DNA from: Adineta vaga
Taxonomy: Eukaryota; Animalia; Rotifera
Direction of reading: 5' to 3'
Assembly: GCA_021613535.1 (NCBI GenBank)
Contig: CP075496.1
Coordinates: forward strand, 10,912,001 to 10,976,000
DNA: 64,000 nt
The notes under the pieces were generated by a model, which saw only the letters and a program-made list of their open reading frames with translations, did not search any database and was not told the origin of the DNA. The position numbers and the translations under genes are program-made. Every line of letters starts with the position of its first letter. The first letter of the stretch is position 1. Below, piece after piece: positions 1 through 12,344 of the stretch.

Positions 1-224
1 CATCTATTTCGGCCATAATTCAACATATCCTCAATAGAAAACCTCGAACTTCCTATTCGTTTAATTATAATACGATAACGATTTTATTTCTCGTATAAAA
101 TAGATCTAAAATAAAAATTTGCAAGCAACAAAAAGAATTCAAGTTAAACACAATGAAGAGAAGGAAAACACGCTTGTTCGAAGTTCATTTTTTTCTTTGG
201 TTTTTTTTTCGGAAAAATATCAAC

Positions 225-2338
225 TTAAAGTTCTTTTTTATCTTCATGTTCTTCTTTTTCAAGTCGTTGATGTTGTTCTGAAGATGCTTTAGGTTGTGTA
301 CCCATACCAAGATCTTTATTAACAACTTGTTTTCGTTTTCCTTTTGGTCGTATTTGTAAAGTCATTATACCAATTAAATATAAGATTAATGTTACAATAT
401 GACCAACAAAATATACACTCTTCCAATATTTCCATGTATAATGGAAATATTTAAGAATAAAACCAATGGACATATAGTCAAACATTCTTGTACGGAAAAA
501 CCATGAACAAAAATCATAGACTCGGAGTAGTGGACTATTCTCTGGAATACGTCGACGTACACCAGCTTCCATGACATTTTCAGCAACAATACATGGTGTT
601 GTAGTTACCATTCCCATATAATAACCCAAATGAATACCATGCCAATAAGCAGAAACAGACATCGTTGCTGGATGACTAAATAATAAGTAATATACATACA
701 AGAATTTAGAAATTATTGATTAATATATGAAGTATACTCAAAGCAGCAGAGTTTCTTTTTGTCTAAATATCATTCTTTGTTATGTTTGATTAGTGAGTAT
801 AATTCAAACTGAAGTAGCTATCTTCTTCGTGAATCTTTCTTAGTTTAGTCGTTTTATATAGGCATTCAGTGTTAAATAGGAGATGATCTATCATCCTTTG
901 TTCTATATAGAAAAAACGTTTATCATACGCTATTTGACGCCATTTAATTCGTTTATAAACACATGTTGCCATCCAATATTGAACACTCATATTCCAGTAT
1001 CGTAGTACTTCTTTGACCGTTAATGCTGTTTCACATTTCCATTCATCTATGTTATGAATTGTTTCAAAATCATAACCAATTGTATTCGGTGCCTGTTCAT
1101 AACTAAAAAAAACATTTTTATAAATAAATAACAAAAATAAAATAGATAATTGAATTTAAACATACGCATGTTTTAATGCAACAAGATCTGTTGGACCTTG
1201 TCCTAAATAAAAGAAGATAGTTTTCTGTCACATATATTTATATATTTCAAACCTGGTCGTGGTTTACTAGCTAATGGATAGGCTCCAAAACCTCCTGCCA
1301 TACACATACATTCAGCTAATAACCAAGCGGAATAGAATCGAAAACGAAATAATGTAAATATTAATGGCATATAGAGTAATCGATACCAAAGTGGATTGTC
1401 ATAAAATTTATCATCTAATGCATCCTAAAGAAAAATAGATTCATTCAAAAAAGAAGAATCTTTTATTCATATTAGCGAGGCGTTACATTAAATGAAACCA
1501 TTGTTGAAAGAAGTAAATAAGTTAATATGTAAATTGAGCCAAAAATTACACGTTTTCTCATAAATGCTAGGCCATTAATATGCACTCCATGTTTCATTTC
1601 CAACCAATCATGATATGTTCGATAGCGATAATATGGACCTAAAGAATTGAATATTTGTATGATGAATATGAGTAAATTTAATTTTCGAAAAAGAATTACC
1701 AGTCAAAAGACCAATATAACAAAAAGCATACTGAAAAACTCTCCATGTCGTTGGTTTAACTGATAGATACATATCTTGCAGATGTAACTTCTCACTTTCT
1801 TCTGTATTTGGTTGTTGACGAATCGTTTTCAAACGTGTATATGAATCATGCCATTCAAAAGCTACTCCAACAAGCTACAAAAATATAATATTGTTACTAA
1901 TTCGAATGAATCTTTTCATTTTTTGTTTCCATACTTTCAATGTTAACATCAATTGAATCGCATTACTATGTGATACAGGTAATCGTATTGAAAACAAATT
2001 CGTTGTACGAAAAAATAGTAAATATGAAAAACACCAAATGAATGTAGCAATATGAACATATCTAAATAATAGATGATGATAAAGATATATGAAATATTAT
2101 AATTAGAACGAAAGAAGTATTACCGTGCGGTGACACTAGCTAATAGAAGACATGTAACAGCAGTTGTGATTAATGAATGTAGAATATCCCAACGACACAC
2201 GATCAAGGCAAAAATAAAACCTATAAGTGTTGATACCCATGCTTTTAAATTTGCTTGACGTGAATCTTTGAAAGCAAAACCAATAGGTATCGAGATGAGA
2301 AGTAAACAAACGTAAATAACTTCGTCTGATAAATACAT
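225..2338 (-). CDS. MBOAT7: Lysophospholipid acyltransferase 7 (MBOAT family), multi-exon
   Basis: Spliced exons give MYLSDEVIYVCLLLISIPIGF..., YAFCYIGLLTGP, FRFRFYSAWLLAE, YDFETIHNIDE, WNMSVQYWMA and SAYWHGIHLGYY (catalytic His), which are MBOAT7/LPIAT motifs. Confidence 0.9.
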
Positions 2339-4971
2339 GGAATTTTTGTTTCGATAGATTTGAACAAAATCTAAAGAACGATTGATTGATGAAATAGATT
2401 TAAAATAATCAAACACCAATACGCCTCCTTCACATCGGACAACCAATTGCATGCATTTTTATTAAAAAAAAAGGCTTCTCTGGACAGAGGGAGACACCGT
2501 ATAATAATAAGGAACATAGATCGATAGAATCAACTCAGTAATTACGATCTGTTATAACTGTAGTTGCCAATAAACCCTCTACACAAATGACTTTTTGAAA
2601 AACTGGATCTTATATCAATAGATTTATAGCAGGAAGGCATTTTTCGTCTGTAATGCATCATCTGTTCAAGTTATTAAACGGAGTAATTCTGCCAATAGCT
2701 CTTTTGTGTAAACTCAATCGGGCATCAAGCTTAATGCGCTTTCGTAGAAAGACAAAAGAAACAACAAAAAGAGAATTTCGTATGTCATCATTCAGATGAA
2801 GTCATTTGAACTTTTCTGTTCAATGTACTTTTTGATCTTGTCATATGTTATATAAAATCTATATTTATATTTATCATTAGTCTATATTTCTGTATTCAAA
2901 AGAAGGAAAATACGAATGAGGTTGATGTCTACTTAGTTTATTCCTCTGGAGAATCTGGAATATACTTTGGGAGAGAATAATCAATAATCTAATACTCTGT
3001 GATCAAATAGAAGCTAGATGAATTTTCCTATTGATTAAATTCTTTCATAATGATGTTCGGCAATATAATGTCGAAGTATACAGATATATATATCCGTTTA
3101 TTATTAAAAATTGTAATGTCTGTTTTCTTCAAAGTAAGTCAGAAATGCTCATGAATAAAAGATTGTGTCAAGCTAATTGCTACAAGAAAACTCGTGAGAT
3201 AACTGCATGAAGCACTTCAATGTCATTCATAAGTTTTGAAGTAGAACTGCAAAATATACCGTTATTATCGCTTATACAAAAAACAATTATGAATGCTTTG
3301 ATTCGCCCGAAATATTGTCATAAAAAGTACTATATGAGATATAAAAATTTAACGTGTCTTCAATGAGTTCTGCCAAGCGACTATATAATGAAAATATCGT
3401 TGATATTGAGTGTGCTCTAAGACAAATCCTGTCTGATTTTCAGAATGTGTGCATATGTCGGTAAATCTTTAACACAACGTAGATTTCCTGTATTTTGTAA
3501 AATTTGAAGATCGATGAGGTAATAGCACGCGCTATTTCATCTTGTAAAATCGATATTGATGCAAGTAGGAAAGCATGGAGTCATGTATAAATTTAAATTT
3601 TTTTGCTAGATAATTAAAAACGAACCTAGTGTACGACTGTCATGCGGTTTTGAGTAAACCACTTGCTGTTTCTTAGTATTTCATATTTTATAGTCATATG
3701 GTAATTTTTCTATAGTCAAAGAGGAAAGAAAATAGTAGGATTAGAAAATGCAATCGAAGAGAAAGGGATGCGATGGTAGAACAAGTTTCTTTTTTTCCAG
3801 CGATTTTGTGCATGGTTTATTGGTATTGATGATGATGATGTTTTCTACTATGGAATCGGTTTGTTTGAAAATAAAACACATCGCCAATTAATCTACTTTC
3901 GTTCCGTATATTTAATTGTTTTTCAAATGAAAAATCATTGTAGTTTTCTCAGTATCGTCACAATCACTTCTCTATAATCATTTATCATTCTTTCTTTTCC
4001 CGTCCTATTATGTTATATGTTTGTGTTAGTAATTTTTACATACATCGTATTTCAGTTCTTTTCAATATGAAAAAACTGTCATCATCATCATCATCATAAG
4101 CACTTTCTTAGATTCATTTCATTCTCTCTGTCGTATGGTTTCATTTTAATTTTCTAGAGAAATTTTCATCTGATTTCGAAAACATAGTAAACAAATAATT
4201 TATACCAAATGAAATAAGACATTTAATTGAAGTTCTAATAGTGTATCCTTGAATGAAACATTTGCCAAAAGCATTCTTTTCTTTTCACTATTTTTCGTGT
4301 AGAATAAGATTCTCTGAACATCAAAGAAAAAACCAAGAGATTTTTAAGAAGAGCCAAGAGCACGCACTACTTTCATATGATTATAATCAGTGCTCTTTTT
4401 AAACATGCATAAGAGATAATATTTTTCTGCTAAATATAATCGTTGTACTTTCATACAAATATCTTCGTTTTAGCAATCTTTAGATAGGAATCACACAAAA
4501 TTTATAGTGAATAGGTTATAATCCATTTTAAGATAATCTTCTCGAGAAAAAAAAACTTTCATAGAAATATTAATGGCAGAGAAATCTAATAAGCGAAAAT
4601 GTAAAAAATATATACCAATACGTTAATGTGTCTTTCCTTTCCTTTCTATAGCAGAAAAAAACGTTCATAGGAAAAAGAAAAAAAACTTCACGCAAAATTT
4701 TACCAACTGACGATGATTTACTGAGACGAGAACAGTTCTTTCGGATGTATCGGAGAAAAGTATACGTCATTTTTTACTATCATATATTTCCAGCAGGTTC
4801 TTTCATTGCTTAATGTCAGCATATATCATGAAAAAGAAAAAAAAAGGAGTAGAATAAGAAAAGAAACACTTTCACATGAAAAAAAGTTTGTTTCTTTTCA
4901 TGAAGAAATTTTTAAAAAGTTTTTCTGCTTTGAATGAAAGTTTTAAAATTAATTGCAGATTGATATTATTT

Positions 4972-5722
4972 ATGCCATCTATTATTGGTAGTATTTTTCT
5001 TTATTGTTTGATAAATACTGTTCTATCAATTTCAAAAAATCAAACAAAAACGATTAATTTACTAAATATTAATGTTGATTATGGAGAGAATGATACGATT
5101 ATATTAGTTTATAATTTGACAACAAATTATTCTTATTATATTACATTTCGTGCATTTGGAGATGTACAATTTCAATTTGGTCGATTTTTATCAACGAATA
5201 AATCTGAAGAAAACTCTATTGAAATATTTCATCGATACTCAACCAAAGAATCGTATCATTTATTTATAATTTGTTTTCATTTTCTTCTTCAGTTTAATAA
5301 TCTTGATATTCAATGTAAAGACATACGTTTGCTTCAAAACGATCAATTACAATCGAATTCCTCAGAAGATTTTCTTCCATCTTATAGTCCACTATTTGTA
5401 CCAATGATGTATGCATTAAGTATTGTGATGCTTTTACCTGTTATTGTTCAACATCATCGTCACAAAAAAGCATTATTATTAAAAAGACGGCAAACGATAA
5501 GACGTTTATCATTACATATAGCACAGGATGATCAAAATCCACAACAAAGTTTAATAAAAAATATGTTATTACAAATCGATAATAATGATGAAGCAAATTA
5601 TGAAAATCTTTCAATAGAAATGGATGGTATTTCAATTCCAATGACACAACTTAATCGAAATGATGTAAATGGTAATAATGTGACATTTACATTACAAAAT
5701 CTTCAACCATTTATTCATCGAT

Positions 5723-5753
<31 letters not shown>

Positions 5754-6036
5754 AAATGAACAATCAGGGATGAATGCAGATGATTGTATTGCACATCTGT
5801 TAGATAATACACCTTGGAATACGCCACATATTGAACAACCATTAACAACTAGTTTATTGAGACATTCAGTTGTACGTGATGGTGCAACAGCTATAAAAGA
5901 ACAACATGTTCCAACCATAATTTCATATCATGACGATGATGATGATAATGATCAAAAACCGATATTAAAATCGAATAAACAATCAACAAAAAGCTTTTAT
6001 CGAACAAATCGAGTCTTTTTCGAATCAGATGTATAG
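4972..6036 (+). CDS. Uncharacterised single-pass (type I) membrane protein with acidic tail
   Basis: Long intronless ORF. Likely start MPSIIGSIFLYCLINTVLS (signal-like), just after a TTGCAG acceptor. Several N-glycosylation sequons, TM segment PLFVPMMYALSIVMLLPVIV, poly-Asp tracts, C-terminus ESDV. Confidence 0.7.
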
Positions 6037-6277
6037 TATGTGATATTTTAATAAGTTGTTTATTTTTCTACGTTATACGAATATGGATATCTAGTCACAA
6101 TATTTGAGTTTCTCATAATCTTTGAGATTCATTAGATAATTGATTGTAGAATAATAAGAGATACTCTATATTTTGTACATTGTTATGAAAGAATGGTGAG
6201 AAGAAAAGATTATTATTAGATACAAAAATACACATACACCTATTGACAAGTTTGAACTATTATGAATACAGTTATCA

Positions 6278-7333
6278 TCAATCCAATGTAGCTCTTGTTT
6301 TTCTTGGATTACAACAGATGAGTAAACGACGAAATGAAAAACGTTCATTTTTATCAATTGATTTATAAGATGATGATGAAAACATTCGCGGATTATTTTT
6401 TGATCTATTGACTTGTTCATTATTACTTTGACGGATTTCAATCGTAGGTGTTGATGGTGTTTGATAATTGAATACAAAATTTTCTTTCACAGGTCTATGG
6501 GATTCGAGCTGAAAAAGAAAAACACATTTTCATTATTGAATATCGTTATAGAATAACATACGATTTTTGCATTATGTTGTCGAACAAGATCAGAAGCAAC
6601 TTGTTCGAGAAGTTCATCAATATTTTCACCTGTTCTACAACTTGTTTCAAAATATATCAGACTATTTCGTAAAGCAAACTAAATTATTTAAATAATAAGT
6701 GATATAAACAACTGTAAATATCTCTCCAAAGTTTACTCGTCGGCCTTGTTCTTCATCAATTATTCGATTTTCTATCAAATCGATTTTATTTGCAACTAAA
6801 TATCGTCGTTCTGTATCTAAGTTAGCCTAAAAATCTTTCACATGTTAAAAGAAAGACATCAATCTTCATTTTCACGTACTTGTTCAATTAATTCACAAAA
6901 TTCTTTTATTAAATGAAATGTTTCTTCATTTGTCACATCATAAACAAGTATGAATGCTTTTGTTGATGTATAATAACTTCTACCAAGTGTTCGAAAATTT
7001 CTTTGACCTGCCGTATCCCTTATTCAACGAAATAAATCAAATTTAAATCCAATGAAAGTAATGTTTCTTACCATATCTGTAGATTAACTTTTGCTTTTTC
7101 AATTGGAATGATTTTATTCACAAAATCTACACCTAAGTAGACATAATTCAATTAGATTATCCTACATAAATAAAAATTTATTTTTTAAAGATACCGATCG
7201 TCGAACCAATTGCTGGTCGAAAATCTTTTCCGGCTGCGAAACGTTGTAATGATGTTTTGCCAACAGTTGTATCTCCAAGTAATAGAACTTTGTATTTTAC
7301 ATCAAACAAATTTTCATTATTGCTGTTCGACAT
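6278..7333 (-). CDS. Rab-family small GTPase (divergent), 6 exons
   Basis: G-boxes assembled across exons: GDTTVGKTS, STIGVDF, WDTAGQRNF, VANKID, ETSCRTG. Confidence 0.88.
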
Positions 7334-8946
7334 TGGTTGCCGTCGAATAAGCTTATTACTGTTATTGACCGGTTGTTGATTACTTTGAATAAAAATAAAA
7401 ACCGTCAAATAAGAATATTTCTTTGTGTGTCACAAAGAGAACAAAATCTTCATATATCTATATCTTCGTCACTCGCATCTTCTCTCTTATCATAACACAT
7501 GTCCTTCGAAGTAAATAAGTCCAAATGAAAGAAAAACTGTTAGTTTAATTCTTCATATCTAATATTTATTACAATCTTTCATCTGTAAAATCGATTTTAT
7601 CTTTTATTCGAAAAAAAGACGAAACTTTTCAAGTTTAACTTACATATCGTTAGATGTCAGTGCAACTTCACATGTCCAATCTAATGAACTAAGCGAACTA
7701 ACAAATAATCGATTTAATTAATTAGTATGAATGAAACGAATCTGTTCGCTTCTCGAATTTTAGTGAAGAGTATATGTATAATAGAAAAGAAAACGAATGA
7801 GCTCATCTTTCTTTCGGTATATCTCTATATCTATTCTATTACAACACCTGATCTTTCGTATCGAACATGACGATGATGTAACATTGTAATCAATAATAAA
7901 TCCAGGATTGTCATTTCCTATTCCATTAGAAAGCATTATTCACAAAGTTACTATTTTCTTCCGAAATAATCGTTGATAAATACTGTGCAAGACAACAATA
8001 ATAATGAAAGGACTATTATGAAAAAAACAATGGTATTAGAAACAAGTGAGAGAATTCCTTAGACATATTTCAGAGCATCACAATGTTAAGCAAAGTAGAA
8101 GAGAGATGGCTAAAAATAAAGAAAAAGTATATGGTCTTATCTCTATTGTTATAAATATGTTCTATGGTATTTTGTACAGATAGATACAATTCAATTCCTA
8201 GGTATGATCATCGTCAATAAAAACATCAAAGTCTAGACTGTAATCTTATCTAATCAATATATATGTATACTTCGTTTTATTTCGTAGTGCCATTACGATT
8301 GCATACAAAATGAACGTATGAATACTACAGTACAATATCGTTAGTAAAACAGATCGAATTTCTCAACAGACGGTATATTGAAAATTAATAGTATGTAACA
8401 AAGATCATATCAAAAATACAATACTCTCTATCATCATTACCTTTCTTTCATTAATTCGACATAAATAGGAAAAGCATCATGTGAAACAACATTTCTTTCG
8501 AGGCATATCGTACACACTTATTGATTCGCTTTTTTTTAACAACTAAATTCTTTTGTTTTTCTCTCTTTCATTTTTTACCATATCGTTTTTCAATTGTATA
8601 CATATCCATGTATAGGTGGAAAAGAGAGAGAAAAAGAACACACATATATTGATGTATTAGTCATTGGTGTATGTCTGAAAAATATTTTCGATAGACAGCA
8701 TTCCGTGCCATTTGCAAGTATAGTAATGTTATTTTATCAGCGAGACTTTTCATTATCGTCAACGTATACGAACTCAATATTCATCGATCTGTGACTGTTA
8801 TCCAAGAAAAAATAGATTTTAATATCTGCATTTTTTAGGATAAACAACAAGAACATCGAAATCACAATGATTTTTTTAAAGGAGTATACAAAATAGTTGA
8901 AAATTTGAATCTTACAATATTGAAGTGAAATAACTTTTCTTATTCA

Positions 8947-10827
8947 TTGACTTCCATTAAGAAGTTTTTCGTTCTTTTTCCTTTTGATACATCGGATCTA
9001 TTTCGATGTTTTATTGTGAACATTTGGTCTTATGGTTTATGTTTCTTTACGTTGTTTCTCTATATTCAAACATAAGTATATCGTCATTTTTCAAATGAAA
9101 ACATCTTTATTTTTGTGGTCTTTGAAGAAAAATGATTTTATATCAATAAACAAACGATAGAAAGACATCATGTACTATTGATAAGAATCAAAATAATTTC
9201 ATCTCTTATATAAAGTAGATTTATTTAGTTCAGGAACAAAAGGAAGAATTACGAGGAAAAAACCATACATAAAGCGTACATCTGATCAAGTATATCGGTA
9301 TTGGATTTGGTTTTATGTATAGTATAACACAAGAATATAGTGATTGTAAATACAAATAAAATGTGAATATTAACCTTAAATCTAAATCAATCTGTTAGAA
9401 TATAAAGAACTACTCTCGACGGTTTGAAATTCATTCAATTAGGCAAAAATATTATGAGATTTCTATCGATTTTTAAAACTGTAAGCATTTCAACGAAACC
9501 AGATTTGATTGAATCAAAATAACCGATTGAGAACGATCTAATATGCTTGTTGTTATATTGTCTATTAACAAGTCAACTTTTGTACTAGATATATCAACAT
9601 CTTAGTTTAATTATTTCCATTCACGTTTATAGAGTCATCTAACCTATATAAGATCAAAGAACAACTTTGATACTTCGATGACCTGCACTAAGTGCTGCTC
9701 CAACTTCACTGATCTAACAAATTGTTTTTCTAGGCCTTAAAAATCCTAGAGAATAACAAACATTTCCAAATAGTAGCAATTTTGTTCATGTAAAAGAAAA
9801 GGCGCAAATTCACTTTTGATTCCTATGAATAAGTTTCTCTTTTCTTTATTATTTTTCAAATACATCTCCTATTCAATATAGTTATCTCGATCCAACATAT
9901 CTCGCTTATTATTGGTATTTTGATCGTCCAAAAACTATTCTTTTCCTAACTTGATATGACATTATTTTCTCATCCATTGGTCTTACTATTAGTTTAATCT
10001 ACTTATTTTATAATCGATTAAACCCTACGATTTTATTTCATTTAGAAAAAATCTTTTCAACTTTTGAATATCTTCGAATAGAAATCTTATTCGAACATTA
10101 TGGGCAATGAAATTCACTGCAATTGATTTTTCTATGACTAATTACTTACATGTTATTTTAAATAGTTTTCTATTAATATTTTCAATTGGAATGCTCACTG
10201 CTGTTAAATCGTATAAACCATATCGAGGTATGAATATTATCCAAATTACAAATCATATTAATCATAATGAAATTAAGTTAAGGATAACTAATGAATTGAA
10301 TTCGAGATATACTTTTCGAATTTATCAAAAAAATATGGAATATTTTATCGATTTTAATTCATTTTTTCTAACATTATTTTGCAACTAATATTTGTTTATT
10401 TTTCATCTATGAATAGCTTTATTCTATTTTGTATTCAAAATTGCTTGTTTTATTAATACAATAACGATATTTGTTGAAAGCATTGTTCATCCCAATAATA
10501 ATAATTATAACAGGTTACGTATTGAAAAACGTGTCATTCTTAATAAATTATTTTATTTTTAGCATAAAAATCTTCTATAATGTTTATGGTCCTGATCATC
10601 CTTCAATGCCAACTATCATGATCTTTTGCTTAGGTTTATTCGAATGTTTGTGGAAAATATTTTCTCTTTTGATGATTTTTCGTTCTATTCAATATTTACG
10701 CGATTATTGTCTACATAAAGAATTAAATTCACTAAAACATTTTGAATATCAATATCAATCATCAAATCAATTAGTTATTCGTATGATTCCAATTGATTCC
10801 ATCGATAATAAACAGTACATTGTATAA
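8947..10827 (+). pseudogene. Probable pseudogene of a multi-pass membrane protein (5 reconstructable exons)
   Basis: Exons ~8947-9071, 9882-10016, 10082-10227, 10417-10513 and 10563-10827 join in consistent phase only if AT at 9072 and 10017 were GT donors. In-frame TGA at 9952-9954. No in-frame ATG in the first exon. Several hydrophobic segments. Confidence 0.55.
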
Positions 10828-12344
10828 TAAACTGTCATCTTTCTCTCTTTTTCCGGAAATCTTTTTAAAGTTCTGACAAATATATGAAGATATTATTATT
10901 CTAACCTAACATTTACATTTCTATTGAATATAAAATAATCTTTTGTTTTCTGACGAGAGTTCTTAACGTCAAAGTTTCGTCTTTAGAAAAAGAAAAGAAA
11001 ACATCATATATAAGCATTGTTCGTTCGTTTTCTAGTTGTATTTGTTAGTGTCAAACATTGATTCATTGTCAATGAACATCATCATCGAATAAATTGTAAA
11101 TCGATCGTTGAAACGATAAGAAAACTCGACGAACACATCTGTCAAGTAAAAAAATATCGACATCCGTTCTTTTTTCTCTCTGTCTCTCGTCTGTTCTGTT
11201 ATTTCAAAAAATTTCCTAATCAAATTAGTTTCTCATCTATAGATGATGAACGTTGCGGTAGCGGCAGCATCAAATCAATTTGCTAGTTCTTCTCGACAAG
11301 CAATTTGCTCGTGTGTTTTTTTTCTGATTTCTAAAGTTAGAGGAAAGAAAAGAAGTATATATATATATATGTTCTCGATTGATTAAAAAAACATTTCTAG
11401 TTTAACTAAGAGAAAAAAGAAAACGGTTACATTAATCTTTGTCTACGTTTTTTTTTCTTCTCCTCGATGAACTTGTTATATGATTTTCCTGTCCAATAGA
11501 TCAATTCTTACTATTTATTTATTTAATATTAACAAATAAAGAAAAGTAAGAAAAGATTACCTATACAGATAATGTATTCATATGTTCTATTCATTTCAAT
11601 GGAAATCATTGTTCATCGATGTGAGTTAAGAAACTGATAAAATCTCATTTCCTAACTGGGATGATGTTCGGATATATAAGGAGGAGAATATTTTCCATTT
11701 ATGATCAATAATTACCATTTGATAGTCAAATGAGAGCGACTAGAATTTCTTCTCTTAAAAATAGACAAGGAAAAAGACATCATTATTCACACGCATTGAT
11801 AAAGATGATTATCGCATCGATTTTCTCCTGTATTTGAACTTAAAAAAACGAGAAAGAGAGAAAAATGACGACAGCGAGCGATGTCAATATCTTGATGTCG
11901 TGAGTTACAAACATTTTTCTTCTCTCATTTTTTTTTGGTTTTACATATAAATTAATTCTTCTTTGTAGACGTTCATTCTCTACAGTAGTATTCGCAATGC
12001 AATGATGGTTTTTCCCCCTCTCTCTCTCTCTCGTTTTTACTATACACAGTATTTTTTGCCTTTTCTGTCTATCTTATTAAAAAAATGCAAGTATAGATAT
12101 CGACGAGGGACATTGGGAGAGAAGAGAAACAGGAGATTTTTCTTCTAGTCTATTTTCCTAGTCTCTCTTTCTTCGGTTACTATATTTTTGGAATGCATTA
12201 CAGCAAGTGTGTCGAGTGTGTCAATACTATAACAATCGTCGTCATAGTCATGTACTTTTCATTTGGCGATCTGTTTTTTTTTCTTCTGTCAACGTTTTTT
12301 TTTCTTCTTCTTTTTCTCTTCGCCTCGTTTTCTAATATATAAGT

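Noticed and set aside
2700-3600. Short coding-looking fragments, possibly a decayed gene or transposon
   Set aside because: Only ORFs under 60 aa, with no recognisable motif, terminal repeats or consistent splice phases.
9952-9954. In-frame TGA read as selenocysteine
   Set aside because: Accompanying dead splice donors favour pseudogenisation; the context suits Trp and no SECIS was recognisable.
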